A stretch of DNA of 62,179 bases, filler included, from Choristocarpus tenellus KU-1152 (taxonomy: Eukaryota > Protista > Phaeophyceae), in NCBI GenBank assembly GCA_964200185.2. It is 12 parts of 12 records of this genome, joined end to end, with 100 filler letters (N's around TTAATTAATTAA, not from the genome) between each part and the next. Parts side by side here need not be neighbours in the genome. Positions count along the whole stretch, not along the records: positions 48,349 to 54,117 come from CAXNAD020009796.1; positions 54,218 to 59,108 come from CAXNAD020012651.1; positions 59,209 to 62,179 come from CAXNAD020023261.1; 9 more parts are not named here. One strand, given 5' to 3'. Shown one piece after another: positions 50,571 to 61,809 of the stretch; positions within the stretch are counted from its first letter, which is position 1, and each line of letters starts with the position of its first letter. Under the pieces are notes generated by a model. The model saw only the letters and a list, made by a program, of their open reading frames with translations. It did no database searches and was not told the DNA's origin. Position numbers and translations under genes: made by a program.

Positions 50571-51749
50571 TATCTTATATGCACATACTGGAGTATAATT
50601 TTACCTTTCACATGCACACGTCTTTCACTGCGGACTAGCACAACATGTTGTGGACACAGTCCGGATATGCCAGCAAAAAGGTAGACTGGCAAGCAGCCAT
50701 GATCCAGACATGCAAGAAAAACTTAGACTTGTTGGCCAATGGACATGGACCAGTACAATTGCCCAGTGGACATTATCTGGATATGTTAGAGAATGCTGGG
50801 CCCGGTCTGGCCGGCAGACATGGACCAGTTCAACACCTAGTGGACATGGACCAGGACATGTCAAATGATTGTGGGACCAGTTCAGCTGGCGGATGGGACC
50901 ATTTAAATTTGCTGGCCTGGCGAGAAGTCCTTGAAATATTATCTGGCTTACTGTATAACCATGAACACTTGCGTACCTGCATCTTATCATTTGACTACCC
51001 TAGTGACTCTTGTTTTTTAATTTCTAAGTTATACTCACAACGGTTTGATCACAACAACCCATCCACAATGTATTTTGCCAAATTAAAGGTTTCATCCTGC
51101 AGGCCGCAGCAGAGCATTCCTTGCGGTCTTCCTTGAAACGTGTCAACTATTACTTCCTCCATTCAGAATTAAATGTAACATAACTCCTTCAAGCTCCGTT
51201 CTTGCCCAGGTATGCCCCACATTATAAACCCTCTGGCCAAGGCTTGACTCTCATATAGATTGGGAGGCACACAAAGTTTGAGATGATGGGTTATCATGAT
51301 TATGGAGGATCACCAGTGCAAAGTCGACAAAGTCGAATTTGACGAGATTCAAAAACCTTATGAAAATGTCAAAGTAGGTATTTGTTGGAATGCTTAGGAT
51401 GAAGGCCCCCCGTCGCTTGAGGGGCTCACTCATCCCGCTCTCGCCCATTAGTCCCAATCCTTTGACCCAAAAGTCTGTCCGAGGTCCAGACTCAAACACC
51501 TTGACGAAGAACATTGTGATGTCGCAATGCCTGGAGGTGAGAGGACCCAAGAATGTTTCCACGGAGACTGCAATAGGATGGTAGTGGAAGATTAATGACT
51601 GATTTCTAAAACACATACAGACCCAACATCAACATGGATGTTAGGGTGTATTAGCAGTAGCATTGTTTTTGAGAGTGCTGCTGGAAAGATTCTTCTCCTG
51701 TTTTTAGAAAAGTAGGATTCGAGGGTGTGTAGTGTCTGCGCAGTAAGGG

Positions 51750-52950
51750 AGAGCGTTCGTGGATAGTGCTGCTGGTGCACTATAGACACCACTGGTGGAG
51801 TAGACGAGGATAGGTAGAGCCAGTTATGTGCTCCCAAATATTTCCAGGTTTAGCTCTACCCTCGGTTCATGTATTATCGTAGGGAGCTGATGTTAGATCT
51901 CTGTCCATGCACCATATGGTACTTGTGACCCAGTGATAGCATTCTTTTCTGGATATCCATGTGGGCGTTGGAAATCCCACATGGTAGCCTACACCTCTCT
52001 CACCCCAACTACTTCGGACAATGGAACTGAGACCACAAGCCCCTTGTAACACTAATGTCATATATTCACACCAAGCCACGTATGTCCTCTACCAGTGCAC
52101 ACGATCCATCATCTTATGGTGGGGTCCAGCGTGGAATGCTTCAGTATCCAGTTAGTTACTTGTGCTCATCTACCTACTCTACATTGTTTTTCATACCCTC
52201 CCTATTTCGAGGGAAAACCCCCAAGAAACGCTAAAAAAATAACAACGGCGTTGCTGATCCTCAGAACAAGTTCGCGAGGATTCCTCAATCCTGTATGTGC
52301 ACCATTCACTACATCGCATAGAACTGAAACCTACCTCCTGTGATACCCAGAGCGACATTGACATAATTTCTCTCACGCCCTATTCTATGTGAAGTAGAGA
52401 AGATCTAAATCATGAACGGTATCATTACTGTTGCTGACCCCCAGAACAGGTTGATCAAGAGTACATACATAATCCTGGACGTGTACCATACGGCATACCA
52501 TACGAACTCAAACTACTCTGACGCCCAGAGCAATTACGAAGAGACTCCTTGTGTTGAAATATTCCACACTGGACCCACGGGTAAAATGAAATCGCGTGCA
52601 TTGATTGGTAGAGGACAATAAGTACCTTGGTGTGAATTTATAATGTTAGAGTTGCAAGGGGCTTGTGGTCTCAATTCCACTTACTGAACTTATGGCGTGA
52701 GACAGGTGTAGACCACCATGTGGGATTTGCAACATCCATATGGATAATCAGAAAAGAATACTATCACTTACTGTGCATCAAGCATGATATATGGACGGAT
52801 AATCTAATATCAGGTCACTACAATACAGGAACGTTGGGTAAACCCCAAATTAAATATATGGAAACAGGTATCTGGGTCGACCTTTCCTAATCTGCTCCAC
52901 TGGTGGTGTCTACAGAGTATCAACAGCACTATCCATGGACACCTTGCAGT
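51750..52950. repeat. Diverged inverted repeat: arms ~51750-52080 and ~52625-52950
   Basis: The reverse complement of the left arm aligns with the right arm (CTTGGTGTGAAT..CAAGGGGCTTGTGGTCTCA..ACCATGTGGGATTT..CAGAAAAGAAT.CTATCACT..GTGGTGTCTA..CAGCACTATCCA). Confidence 0.8.
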
Positions 52951-53975
52951 CTTGGGAGTATTGTGCCATGGTTCGGCACTCCACTGCATACACAGCACCA
53001 CATTGGTACACTTCTCAACAATAATATCGATACGACGCTTCATTATAATACTAAAAATAGAACTAAGCATATCGGGACTCTAGAGCATGAACCATAGGGG
53101 GGAGTGTTCTCTATAGAGGCTGCGTCAACCTGCCTGCCAACAATGTACTGTTGTTCACCATGGCCTTGAAACTCCTACATTATTTTGTCAACCGACGAAT
53201 CGTGCAATGAGAAAGAGCACCACGATAAAATAAAGACAAGAGGTGTAGGAAACATGTGATGGTACGAAAACAGACTTTGCACCGACTGAGACGCTCAAGA
53301 GGTACGACATTTTCCATCACTTACACACTTAACTTACATTGGCATTATCTGGAAAGGCCTTGACATCCGTCCCTCTCAACATAACCTTCAGTTTCTTCTC
53401 CTGCCCATGTGCCAATAATCCTTCACACAACCGCCTGGTCACCTCAAACGTTAACATACCTCCTCACTGGAGCAGAGCATTTAGTTGTGCTGCAGCAATA
53501 GCATCAGCACCAAGTAGTAGGCGGCCAGTCTCAGCAGATCCCAGGCGTGTTTATATTGCATCACGACCCTTATCATTTCATACTACTACATAGTACTCTG
53601 GAGTATATATACAATACATTTAACATCATCACGCAGGTTCCCGTAGGATGTACAGTCGGCAATGCTCCTGGTGAGCGTGTGTTGGCATGGTGTACATCAT
53701 ACTGCGTACCCTCTGTCGAAAGAATCGTGGGAGATGATGGTGCACGTTTGTCTAAAATTAAAATATTTACTAATGCTACCAAGCTCGGTGTGGGCAAACC
53801 ACCACCTGATTGTCAAAAGATTTCAAACAGAACCAGGTCTGCTCGACTGTACAAAAGCCATCCGCAACCGCTGAACTCGCAACAGCAGCAACCAGGATGC
53901 CAAAACAAGTCACAGTAGTAGCAGTAGCAACGCCAATGACTTCTCTAAAATCTACTAAGCATCAAACACAGCAAC

Positions 53976-54117
53976 CTAGTTGAAGGAGTAAGATGCGCCC
54001 ACGAGGTCATTGATGATGTAGGGCTGGTTCGACAGCTCCTCGTGCACCATCATAGCCAGGATGCCCATTTGTGCCGCCCGCCCGTTGTTGAGCTCGATCG
54101 CCCTCTTAGATGCCTGG
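53976..54117 (-). CDS. Fucoxanthin-chlorophyll a/c light-harvesting protein (Lhcf/FCP), C-terminal fragment
   Basis: Translation QASKRAIELNNGRAAQMGILAMMVHEELSNQPYIINDLVGASYSFN* has the helix-3 ELxNGRxAxM chlorophyll-binding motif and a brown-algal-type tail. Truncated at the contig end; not in the ORF track. Confidence 0.95.
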
Positions 54118-54217
54118 NNNNNNNNNNNNNNNNNNNNNNNNNNNNNNNNNNNNNNNNNNNNTTAATTAATTAANNNNNNNNNNNNNNNNNNNNNNNNNNN
54201 NNNNNNNNNNNNNNNNN

Positions 54218-57200
54218 TGTCCTCTATACTTGGCATCGCCACCCCCAGTAGGGCCACCAAAGATGACATTATCCAGATGATCAAGGCAAAATATGCAGAG
54301 CTGAGGATGGACAATCTCGTGACCGACGATTTGATTCTCGCTAAATGCATGGTGGAAGAGTCCGCCTCCGACTTCAGGAGGAATAGAAACGAGGAGAACG
54401 ACGACAAAGACACCACAAGGTCCATCGACAAGCACATCCGGAGGCGAAAGGTGAATGAGAGTCTCCTTCGGGTAATAAAAACGGTGTACGTCGAATGCGT
54501 CACGACATATTCGCCAAATAACGGGCATGTAATCCCACCCACAGCAACTAACATTTGCGAATACATCACAACAAAGCCTGCGTCACCGCGACTTATCACC
54601 AGCACTAGTGCTCGTGACTCGACAGCCTGGCCCATTCAATGCAGGTGCTGTTCCCACGGACAGAGGGATTCCCTACACTCCTAAAGGTCATCTTTGCAAA
54701 CTTTGAGAAGAGCTTCTTCCTTCATCATAACACCACCATTTGGCAGGCGCAACAACACAAACACTGCAAACCCCGCCTCCCCAAGACACACCGCTATGTC
54801 CATGGACTTCAGCACCCACCTTCAACACAACCACCAAGACTTGACACAACAAGAGTTCTTCAATCTATTCCTCATGGTGCTTCTGACTATTGTTTGATGG
54901 TTGGGGGATCTCAGAGAAGAGGGAAATCTTGGGAAGGGAAGGGTTTGGACTCACAGCATGACGGTGTGTAGTGAAGACCGAAGCCAAGACAACGAGTTCG
55001 TCAAGAATGCCGTGGAGATGTTTGTGAAAGACCACCTAATACCTCTAGCCCGTAAATACGGACAGACCCTCGAGGTCTTCCACATCTGGTCCGATGGCTG
55101 CGAGAGTCAGATCAAGAACAGATGGCAGATGTGGTGGGTTTCTCAGTCTTTAGTGTGGATTGGAATTTCCATTGTACACAACTTCTTTACCTCCTGTCAC
55201 GGCAAGTCCTTATCTGATGGAGTCGGGCTGTGGTGAAGTCTGCTGCCAGGAGACTGGAACTAGATGGGGTGTGCATGCCAGGAACCTCATCCCTAGTGGA
55301 TACAATCAAAACAACCAAAACTCAATACACTTTGAGGGATCCGACACCAAAGGAAGACCAGCGCTACTGCAGAGGACATAAGGTTCCTCCCGGACAGACA
55401 ATCGTGACAAAGGTAGGCACACTCCACATGATGATCCCTCCCCATTCACAAAGTTCGGCCTCTGTTTGCCACTGGCGACAACCCCAACACGTACACCCCT
55501 TGCTCACCTAACCCTAAAAATGCAATATATACCATTCAAACTTATGTCCCATCCGTGACTCCCTTCGCGTCGACACGACGTGCACCATGCTAATTGCACA
55601 TACGCATCTCTCCATTGAGTGCACACCGTCTGTGCACACTTGCAACCATCGCCCTCTATTTTGTAGAAGTCTACCAATCGGTAAACTCGTGCAAAATTCC
55701 AAGTTATCATTTCCTTCTTTCACATCAACGTCTGTCGTCTACCAAACAATTGTCATAGGAACAGATAGTACATATACGACATGCGAGGTCCCCCCCACCC
55801 ACAATAATCGACCCCTATTTCCCACTGGCGACAGACTAACCCTTCCCACCCCTTGCCAACCCATACACTAAACACGCATAAATATCGTAGACCTATTACG
55901 TCAAATCCACGCCTACCCTTCTCATCGACACCATGCGCGACGTGCTAATCGCGTATCGCACTTCTCAATCGACCGCACACCGTCCGTACACACTTGCAAT
56001 CATTGCCCTCTATTTTTTATAAGTCTACCAATCGGTAAACTCGCGGAAAACTCCAAGTTATTGTTTTCTTTCATGTACCAACGTCGGCCATGTACCATTC
56101 GCTTGTTGAAGGAATACGTAGCACATGTACTACATACATGATTCCCCCCACTCACAATAATCTTTCCCTAACCCACTGGCACACCCGTCCTTGCTAACCC
56201 ATACAAAAAACACGCAATAGATATCATTGACCCATTATGTCACATCCGTGCCCTCCCTTGACGTCGACGTCACACACAACATGGTAATCGCACATACGCG
56301 CTTCTCAATCGGCTGCTCACCATCCGTGCACACTTACAATCATCTCGCCTCCTATTTTCCAGAAGTCTGCCAAGCGCCAAACCCCAAATTCCAAGTTTTC
56401 GTTTTCATTACCTATTGACACCTGTCATTTTCGGAACACTTGTTCCAGGAATAAGTAGCACAGATCAATCCAAAGAAAAAGCCATCACATCGAATCGGTC
56501 AAAGGACGTTGCAACAGTACCAACACTGACTCCAACATGTACCACCCCTCCCTCCCCTTATACGCACAATCACCACAACCCTTAGGAATGGACGGACACG
56601 AACGGCAGACAGCACAGTAACACGTCTACGAAACTTCTATACATCGACACGTTTCAAACACAGTCAACCGCGTGGGACGACACGACCCACGTCTCCCAAA
56701 CCTCGGTGGCATCAAGTCCCTGCACAGGCTCTTCACTGGTCGGCTCACCACCAGAGACTCCTGTACATTAATATACACTGAACTGTCGTGCTACTGCACG
56801 AACTGTTCTATCGGTAACCTGGCCCAATGCAGCTGGCAACTAACCCACCTTCCCACGCCTATATATATAGACCTCGGATTTTCCATGGAAACAGCAACGG
56901 GCGATATGTATCTGAGAAGTCAGCTGTCGAGGAAGAAGAGACAACTCGCTGAGGGGAACATATGCTTGTGCGGACGCAGCCATCGGAGTACAATGGTATA
57001 GAGTTCTTGCTGTTCACTGTGGACCACAAGGACATGATTCAATGGAACGCCACGCACCACTCCAGCTACGGAGGAATATTCAATGCTGGAGATGAGGTAG
57101 TCTTTATTACTGAAGACTTCGAGGTGCTGAGTGCTAGCTTTGTTGATGGAGTGCCAACTATTCGCATGGCACGGACGGACAAGGTGAGAAACGCTCCTTA

Positions 57201-58434
57201 TTGTTAGTAAGAGAACAATGCTCCACAGGAATAATTCCACGCTGTCCATATACAGATGTTACATATCCCCTGATATCCCTTCACACCCAAATAAAATCCT
57301 CCCATAATGTCCAACCCTGACATCCAAACCAGTGTCATATTCCTTCTCCTACTCTACAACCGTGAACGTCAACTTTCACAGAATATTTTACAAGTTCCGT
57401 AGGGCAAATAAGCGTACCCCACTCCTTCATTTCGCTGTCTAAGTGTATCCTCTATCCTACATATACAACTCTCCATTCCTCAAAACCAAAAGAAACAAGA
57501 CCCCTATACAACCAAACAAGGCCATCACGCGCAAACACATGCCAATAGTCCAACACATCAACACAGCCCCTGCAACGAACATCTTTGCATTGATGCAGGA
57601 GGAACAGCCGCGCCCCCGCGTCGTGCCCCTTCAGGCTATGATCATCCCAGACTTCACAGACATCCACCACAACCACCTAGACAACACATTCACGATCCTG
57701 CCTGGTCAATACCAGAGGTTCACCACAGAATCCAACCAGCAATCACTCGGTGCGATACCTGCTCGCTTCTCAAGACAACTCAGACTTGAGGACACATCCG
57801 ACACCAGGTTCGGTCGAGGAACCAGCTTCCTCCTATGCGCGAGTAGGGGGTCTATCATACAGGGGAAGGTCAGCGATGTTCACGTGGACGGTTCAGGAGC
57901 GTACATTTACTCAGTGTCCTACCTTCTGAATGATGGTGAAAAATCCTTGCATCCTCACCTGAGGTCCTACGAGACAGAGGACGAGACAGAGGAGGGGATC
58001 GACTAACTTAGGTAGAAGAACGGGAGGGACAGTGCGGAGGTTGCAGCCTAGCGTGTCAGAAAATGCCGCCGGTCGATGGTTGACTGCCAGCGGAAGCGTA
58101 TTAAAATGGAGAAGGATACGGAGAAATACATACTCCTTGAACCGACACTGAGGGCTGTGCAGGATTTAGATGAGGGAGAAACACTCAATGCAGGTGCCAA
58201 GGGCAGAGGACTATACTTCAGATGGGACGATCAGTGGATGCGAAGGACCGTGACCAAGTACCAGTCCCACTACACAGTGAAAGTTGGAAATGAGCGAATC
58301 AGCTACCCCTACGAGGTTTAACGGGAGAATGGCGAATTACGAAATATCCAGCTTCTTGTGGAACGATACAGTATAGACCAAGACGCTCCTACACGGGCCT
58401 GGTTCTGGACAAGTCCCACTCTGCCCCCATACTG
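54218..58434 (+). mobile_element. Decayed, intron-containing Sola2-type DDD transposase gene with C-terminal Tudor/SH3-like domains
   Basis: Motifs FFLHH..WQ..MDFS (D 54805)..QD..QQ; SED.SQD..FV; WSDGC.SQ.KN (D 55093); FFTSCHGKSLSDG (D 55216)..VK; GIKSLH; SCYCTNC. GT-AG introns at 54451-54644, 55413-, -56585 and 57184-57598. Several frameshifts and stops. Confidence 0.75.
55413..56460 (+). repeat. Three diverged tandem copies of a ~350-bp unit inside the transposase intron region
   Basis: AAGTCT(A/G)CCAA(T/G)CG recurs at 55667, 56021 and 56363. CCACTGGC, CACACTT(G/A)CAA and TCCAAGTT recur with the same spacing. Confidence 0.85.
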
Positions 58435-59031
58435 ACGAGAGACACGACTTCCAGGAGCAACCTAGACCAATTTCTGATCGCGAGTCACCCTCTACGTCGC
58501 CAATCAGACACATGTCTCGACAGACATGTTGTACTGGAGAGGTCGGACGATCTCCAAATTAACACTAATATTTACATTTCGTATAATAATCCTTCATATC
58601 TTCCTCACGAGTTTGTGTCTATGTGTCCTCATACGCATGCTTTTATTGCCCCGATAGCAACCTGGAATTAATCGTGATTAGTGCGTTCTGCCACTATCAT
58701 CTAACACTCTTACTGACACGTCCCAATCCTTTTCCTCCCCTCTTTGCGTTGATCGGACCACAGAGTAATTGACCGAAACTTTGCTAAATGTAGCAAGGCG
58801 CACAAGATCTTGTACTCTGTACCACCATCTTCAGCACAAGTCGAGATTTTCACAACAGATGACCCCTCTTCCGCACCCAATCGAAACGGCGGCGACCATC
58901 CCAGCTCCTAACTATGTCAACCCAACGGCAACTTCCCTGAGCCGCAATAACATAGTCTACACCCACTCAAGCGCCAAGCGTAGGTCCTAAAGGTATTTTA
59001 TTCCAAAATACATCAAAAAAGGACGGTGACT

Positions 59032-59108
59032 GGGTCAAAGTATCTGGGGGGGTGGTGGTTAGTGAGGGGGCGTCTGTTTCGGCTCGGACGAGTTGTAGCA
59101 ACTCCTCC
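59032..59108 (+). mobile_element. MITE-like terminus related to family B at contig end
   Basis: GGGTCAAAGTATCTGGGGGG; the internal sequence diverges from family B. Confidence 0.45.
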
Positions 59109-59208
59109 NNNNNNNNNNNNNNNNNNNNNNNNNNNNNNNNNNNNNNNNNNNNTTAATTAATTAANNNNNNNNNNNNNNNNNNNNNNNNNNNNNNNNNNNN
59201 NNNNNNNN

Positions 59209-60541
59209 GTGTAGCATTACAAGCCAGCACGACTCCTGGTGTTCCTGGGGTCAATGGTACTTCAGGGGGTGGGAGGGAGGGTATGGTTGAACCTTTGGCA
59301 GTGGGTGTGATGGTCTCTGAGGTGAGTTACTGGATGTTGGGTGCTACTCCTAATGAGTGATTGAGGATGGGTGAAGGGAGGATGTGCTACATAGGGGGGT
59401 AGCAAACAATCCGTTTTTGCTGAGAAATTCCATTCTGTGTGTGTGTGTGTTTAGTGTAGTGTAATGTTTATTGTAATGTTGATTGACTCATTGGACAAGA
59501 AGTGTACTGTTTGCCCCCTTTTGGTGGACTGTCTTTAGTAGAACAGATTAAATCAGCAATTTTGGATAAAAAAACTATAGATACACTGAGAGTACCTCAC
59601 TATACTTTGAATGGGCTGTTTGCAATTTGTATGACTTGTTTGCTGCTTGACTTTGCTTCTACACTTGCCAAAAGGGGTTTCAAACAAGTTAGAGGGATGT
59701 TGAAGTCGCCTCTTGTGTGGTGTCCTTCCCCCACTATGTATGTATGTGTAGCCTACCTTTGTTGTCCCTCAATGATGTAAAAATGATATGTGAACAAAAT
59801 ATTTTGACCCTTGTGTCGCCTTACTACCCACCTGCTTTGTAAGATAAATTTTAATGTGATAATTGCATCATAGCACTATTGCCATTGGAGCATATATCAC
59901 TCTGCAACTTTGGAGTAGAGCATTATGTTACAGCACACCAGTTTCTTACAAAGTGGGTGGGGGGATAGTCTGCAGCCTGCCAACTACAAGGAAACCAGTA
60001 CGGTCCCAACAAAAGTACACCCCTATGTTTGCATGGTGGTGATTGGGTGGTATTATCAAATCTCTGTGATACGTCTATTGCTATGAAGAGTATATGATAC
60101 CATCAAGCTGTATGCTCACACTTGTACAACACAACTACATGCTCAAGGTTATATATATGACTATTTTATGGAAGTATTGCTGTGATGCATGAGGGAGCAG
60201 CCAATTGGCCTATTCACTATCGTTGTGTGTGTACCACTGCCCCACCTGCATTTCCATCCACTATACCATATAAAACAATTGTCTTAATCTTGACCTCCCC
60301 AAGGAGAAAAAAAAAGCTCTCTAAAAAATGACTTCCACTCCACATGGCCTTGCCTGAAAGCAGGGAGAAGGGATGGCAAGAAGGGCAGCAGGTGTAGAAG
60401 TCTCAGATGCGAGGGAAGGGATGCCTACTGAAGACAAACGCCAGAACTGGGCTAGATCTATCTGGGAATTTTCTCGACCGCATACAATGATTGGCACTGC
60501 TGTTGCCATCCCGTCCATTGGGGCATTTGCTGCTCCCACAG
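59209..60541 (+). CDS. Homogentisate prenyltransferase (HPT/VTE2-like, UbiA family), partial, 2 exons
   Basis: Exons <59209-59321 (donor GTGAGT, phase 0) and 60361/60364-60541. Translation ..NWARSIWEFSRPHTMIGTAVAIPSIGAFAA contains the FSRPHTxIGT signature. Downstream exons were not found within the window. Confidence 0.8.
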
Positions 60542-61766
60542 GTTTGCATGTTGGGAGGTGGTTGGGCTTTCCTGACAAGCTGTGACTTGATAAAGAGCGG
60601 CATTTAAGATTAGTATTGATAATTTTGGTGGATGTATCCTATTGGTTGAATGCAGTACCTACACATTTCTGGTGGTGCAAGTGTTGCTATTGGACTCATG
60701 CCCTTTCCAAGCCAATCTGTTTCAAGGCATGTCTCTTGGGGAGGGTGCGGTTATTGTGGTATGGTTGGAGATGAGTACAGAGGGTTACAGAGAGAGGGGG
60801 GGGGGAAGAGAGAGAGTCAAGGGTTGATTGAGGATGGTATGAGGGGTAAGGTGATTTGGATGGTGTGGTGGTATGATATAATTGCATCACTCTGGCTTCT
60901 GACTTCTTTGTGAAGGTGGAGTGAGGTATACCTACCCAGGACTGTCACTAGGTTATTGATTGGGGCTATGTATATAGTGTGTGCTTTGGTGAGGCCATTG
61001 TTACTTGAAATGTTCCAGTTTAGGGTTAGGGTATTAATCATCGCTCTGAGTACTACTGCTAGTACTAGTATTGTGTTCAGTTTTTAGGGTTAGGGCTATA
61101 ACAAGTTGACCAGAGATTTGCACTGCATATGTTGGATATTATATTGACCTAACCCAGTCCACCTTCTGGTGTGTGTATGTGCCATTTAGACACTACAGTG
61201 AAGCCATAGGGTGAGATGTAGGAAAGGACTTCCTTCCTGGTGGGGTGTCTTTATTTACAATGCTTGTCCTGTGTATTTCAATGGCATGTAAAATGTGTAG
61301 CTCAACCTACTACAGAGGTAGAGCTGGATATATTCAATTTTTATGTGATGATGATGTACTTGTTTAGTATGCCGGGACAAGTCCTTTGTCTTCTTTATAT
61401 TATGTTCATGTTGACATTTGACTGTTGGGTGAGCTATACGGTCAAGGTGGGTACACAATGAATGCAGTAGTGACATTCTTGTACTGCACTATGTGTAAGG
61501 CGCGATGGGTTTTACCATTAGGGTTAGGGTTTTCAAATGTGTTTGTATTTTTATTTGGTATGTAACTGGTGTTGTGCATGAATACTGTTGATGCGTCAAG
61601 AAGTGTTAGGGGTTTGAGGGAGAGCATAATAATGGTGATGGAGTTCAAGCATATAATGAGGCATTTCCTTACATTTCATCTGAAGCAAAGATCAACCGAT
61701 AGAGGATTGGGGCTGCTAGGTAGTTGTGGTAGGGTTAGGGTATTGTGTTTTCTATTTTTTCGCATG

Positions 61767-61809
61767 TTTAGGGTTAGGGTTAGGATTAGGATTAGGATTA
61801 GGATTAGGA
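61767..61809. repeat. Interstitial telomere-like (TTAGGG/TTAGGA)n
   Basis: TTAGGGTTAGGGTTAGGATTAGGATTAGGA...; similar short arrays at 2341-2363, 22681-22709 and 33108-33125. Confidence 0.8.

Noticed and set aside
55413-56460. CRISPR-like repeat-spacer array (recurring 14-mer)
   Set aside because: The sequences between the 14-mers are homologous to each other, so it is a tandem duplication rather than unique spacers.
2707-60541. Apparent antioxidant/photoprotection cluster (VTC2-like, Lhcf, tocopherol HPT)
   Set aside because: The genes lie on different contigs joined by artificial spacers; there is no evidence of physical linkage.
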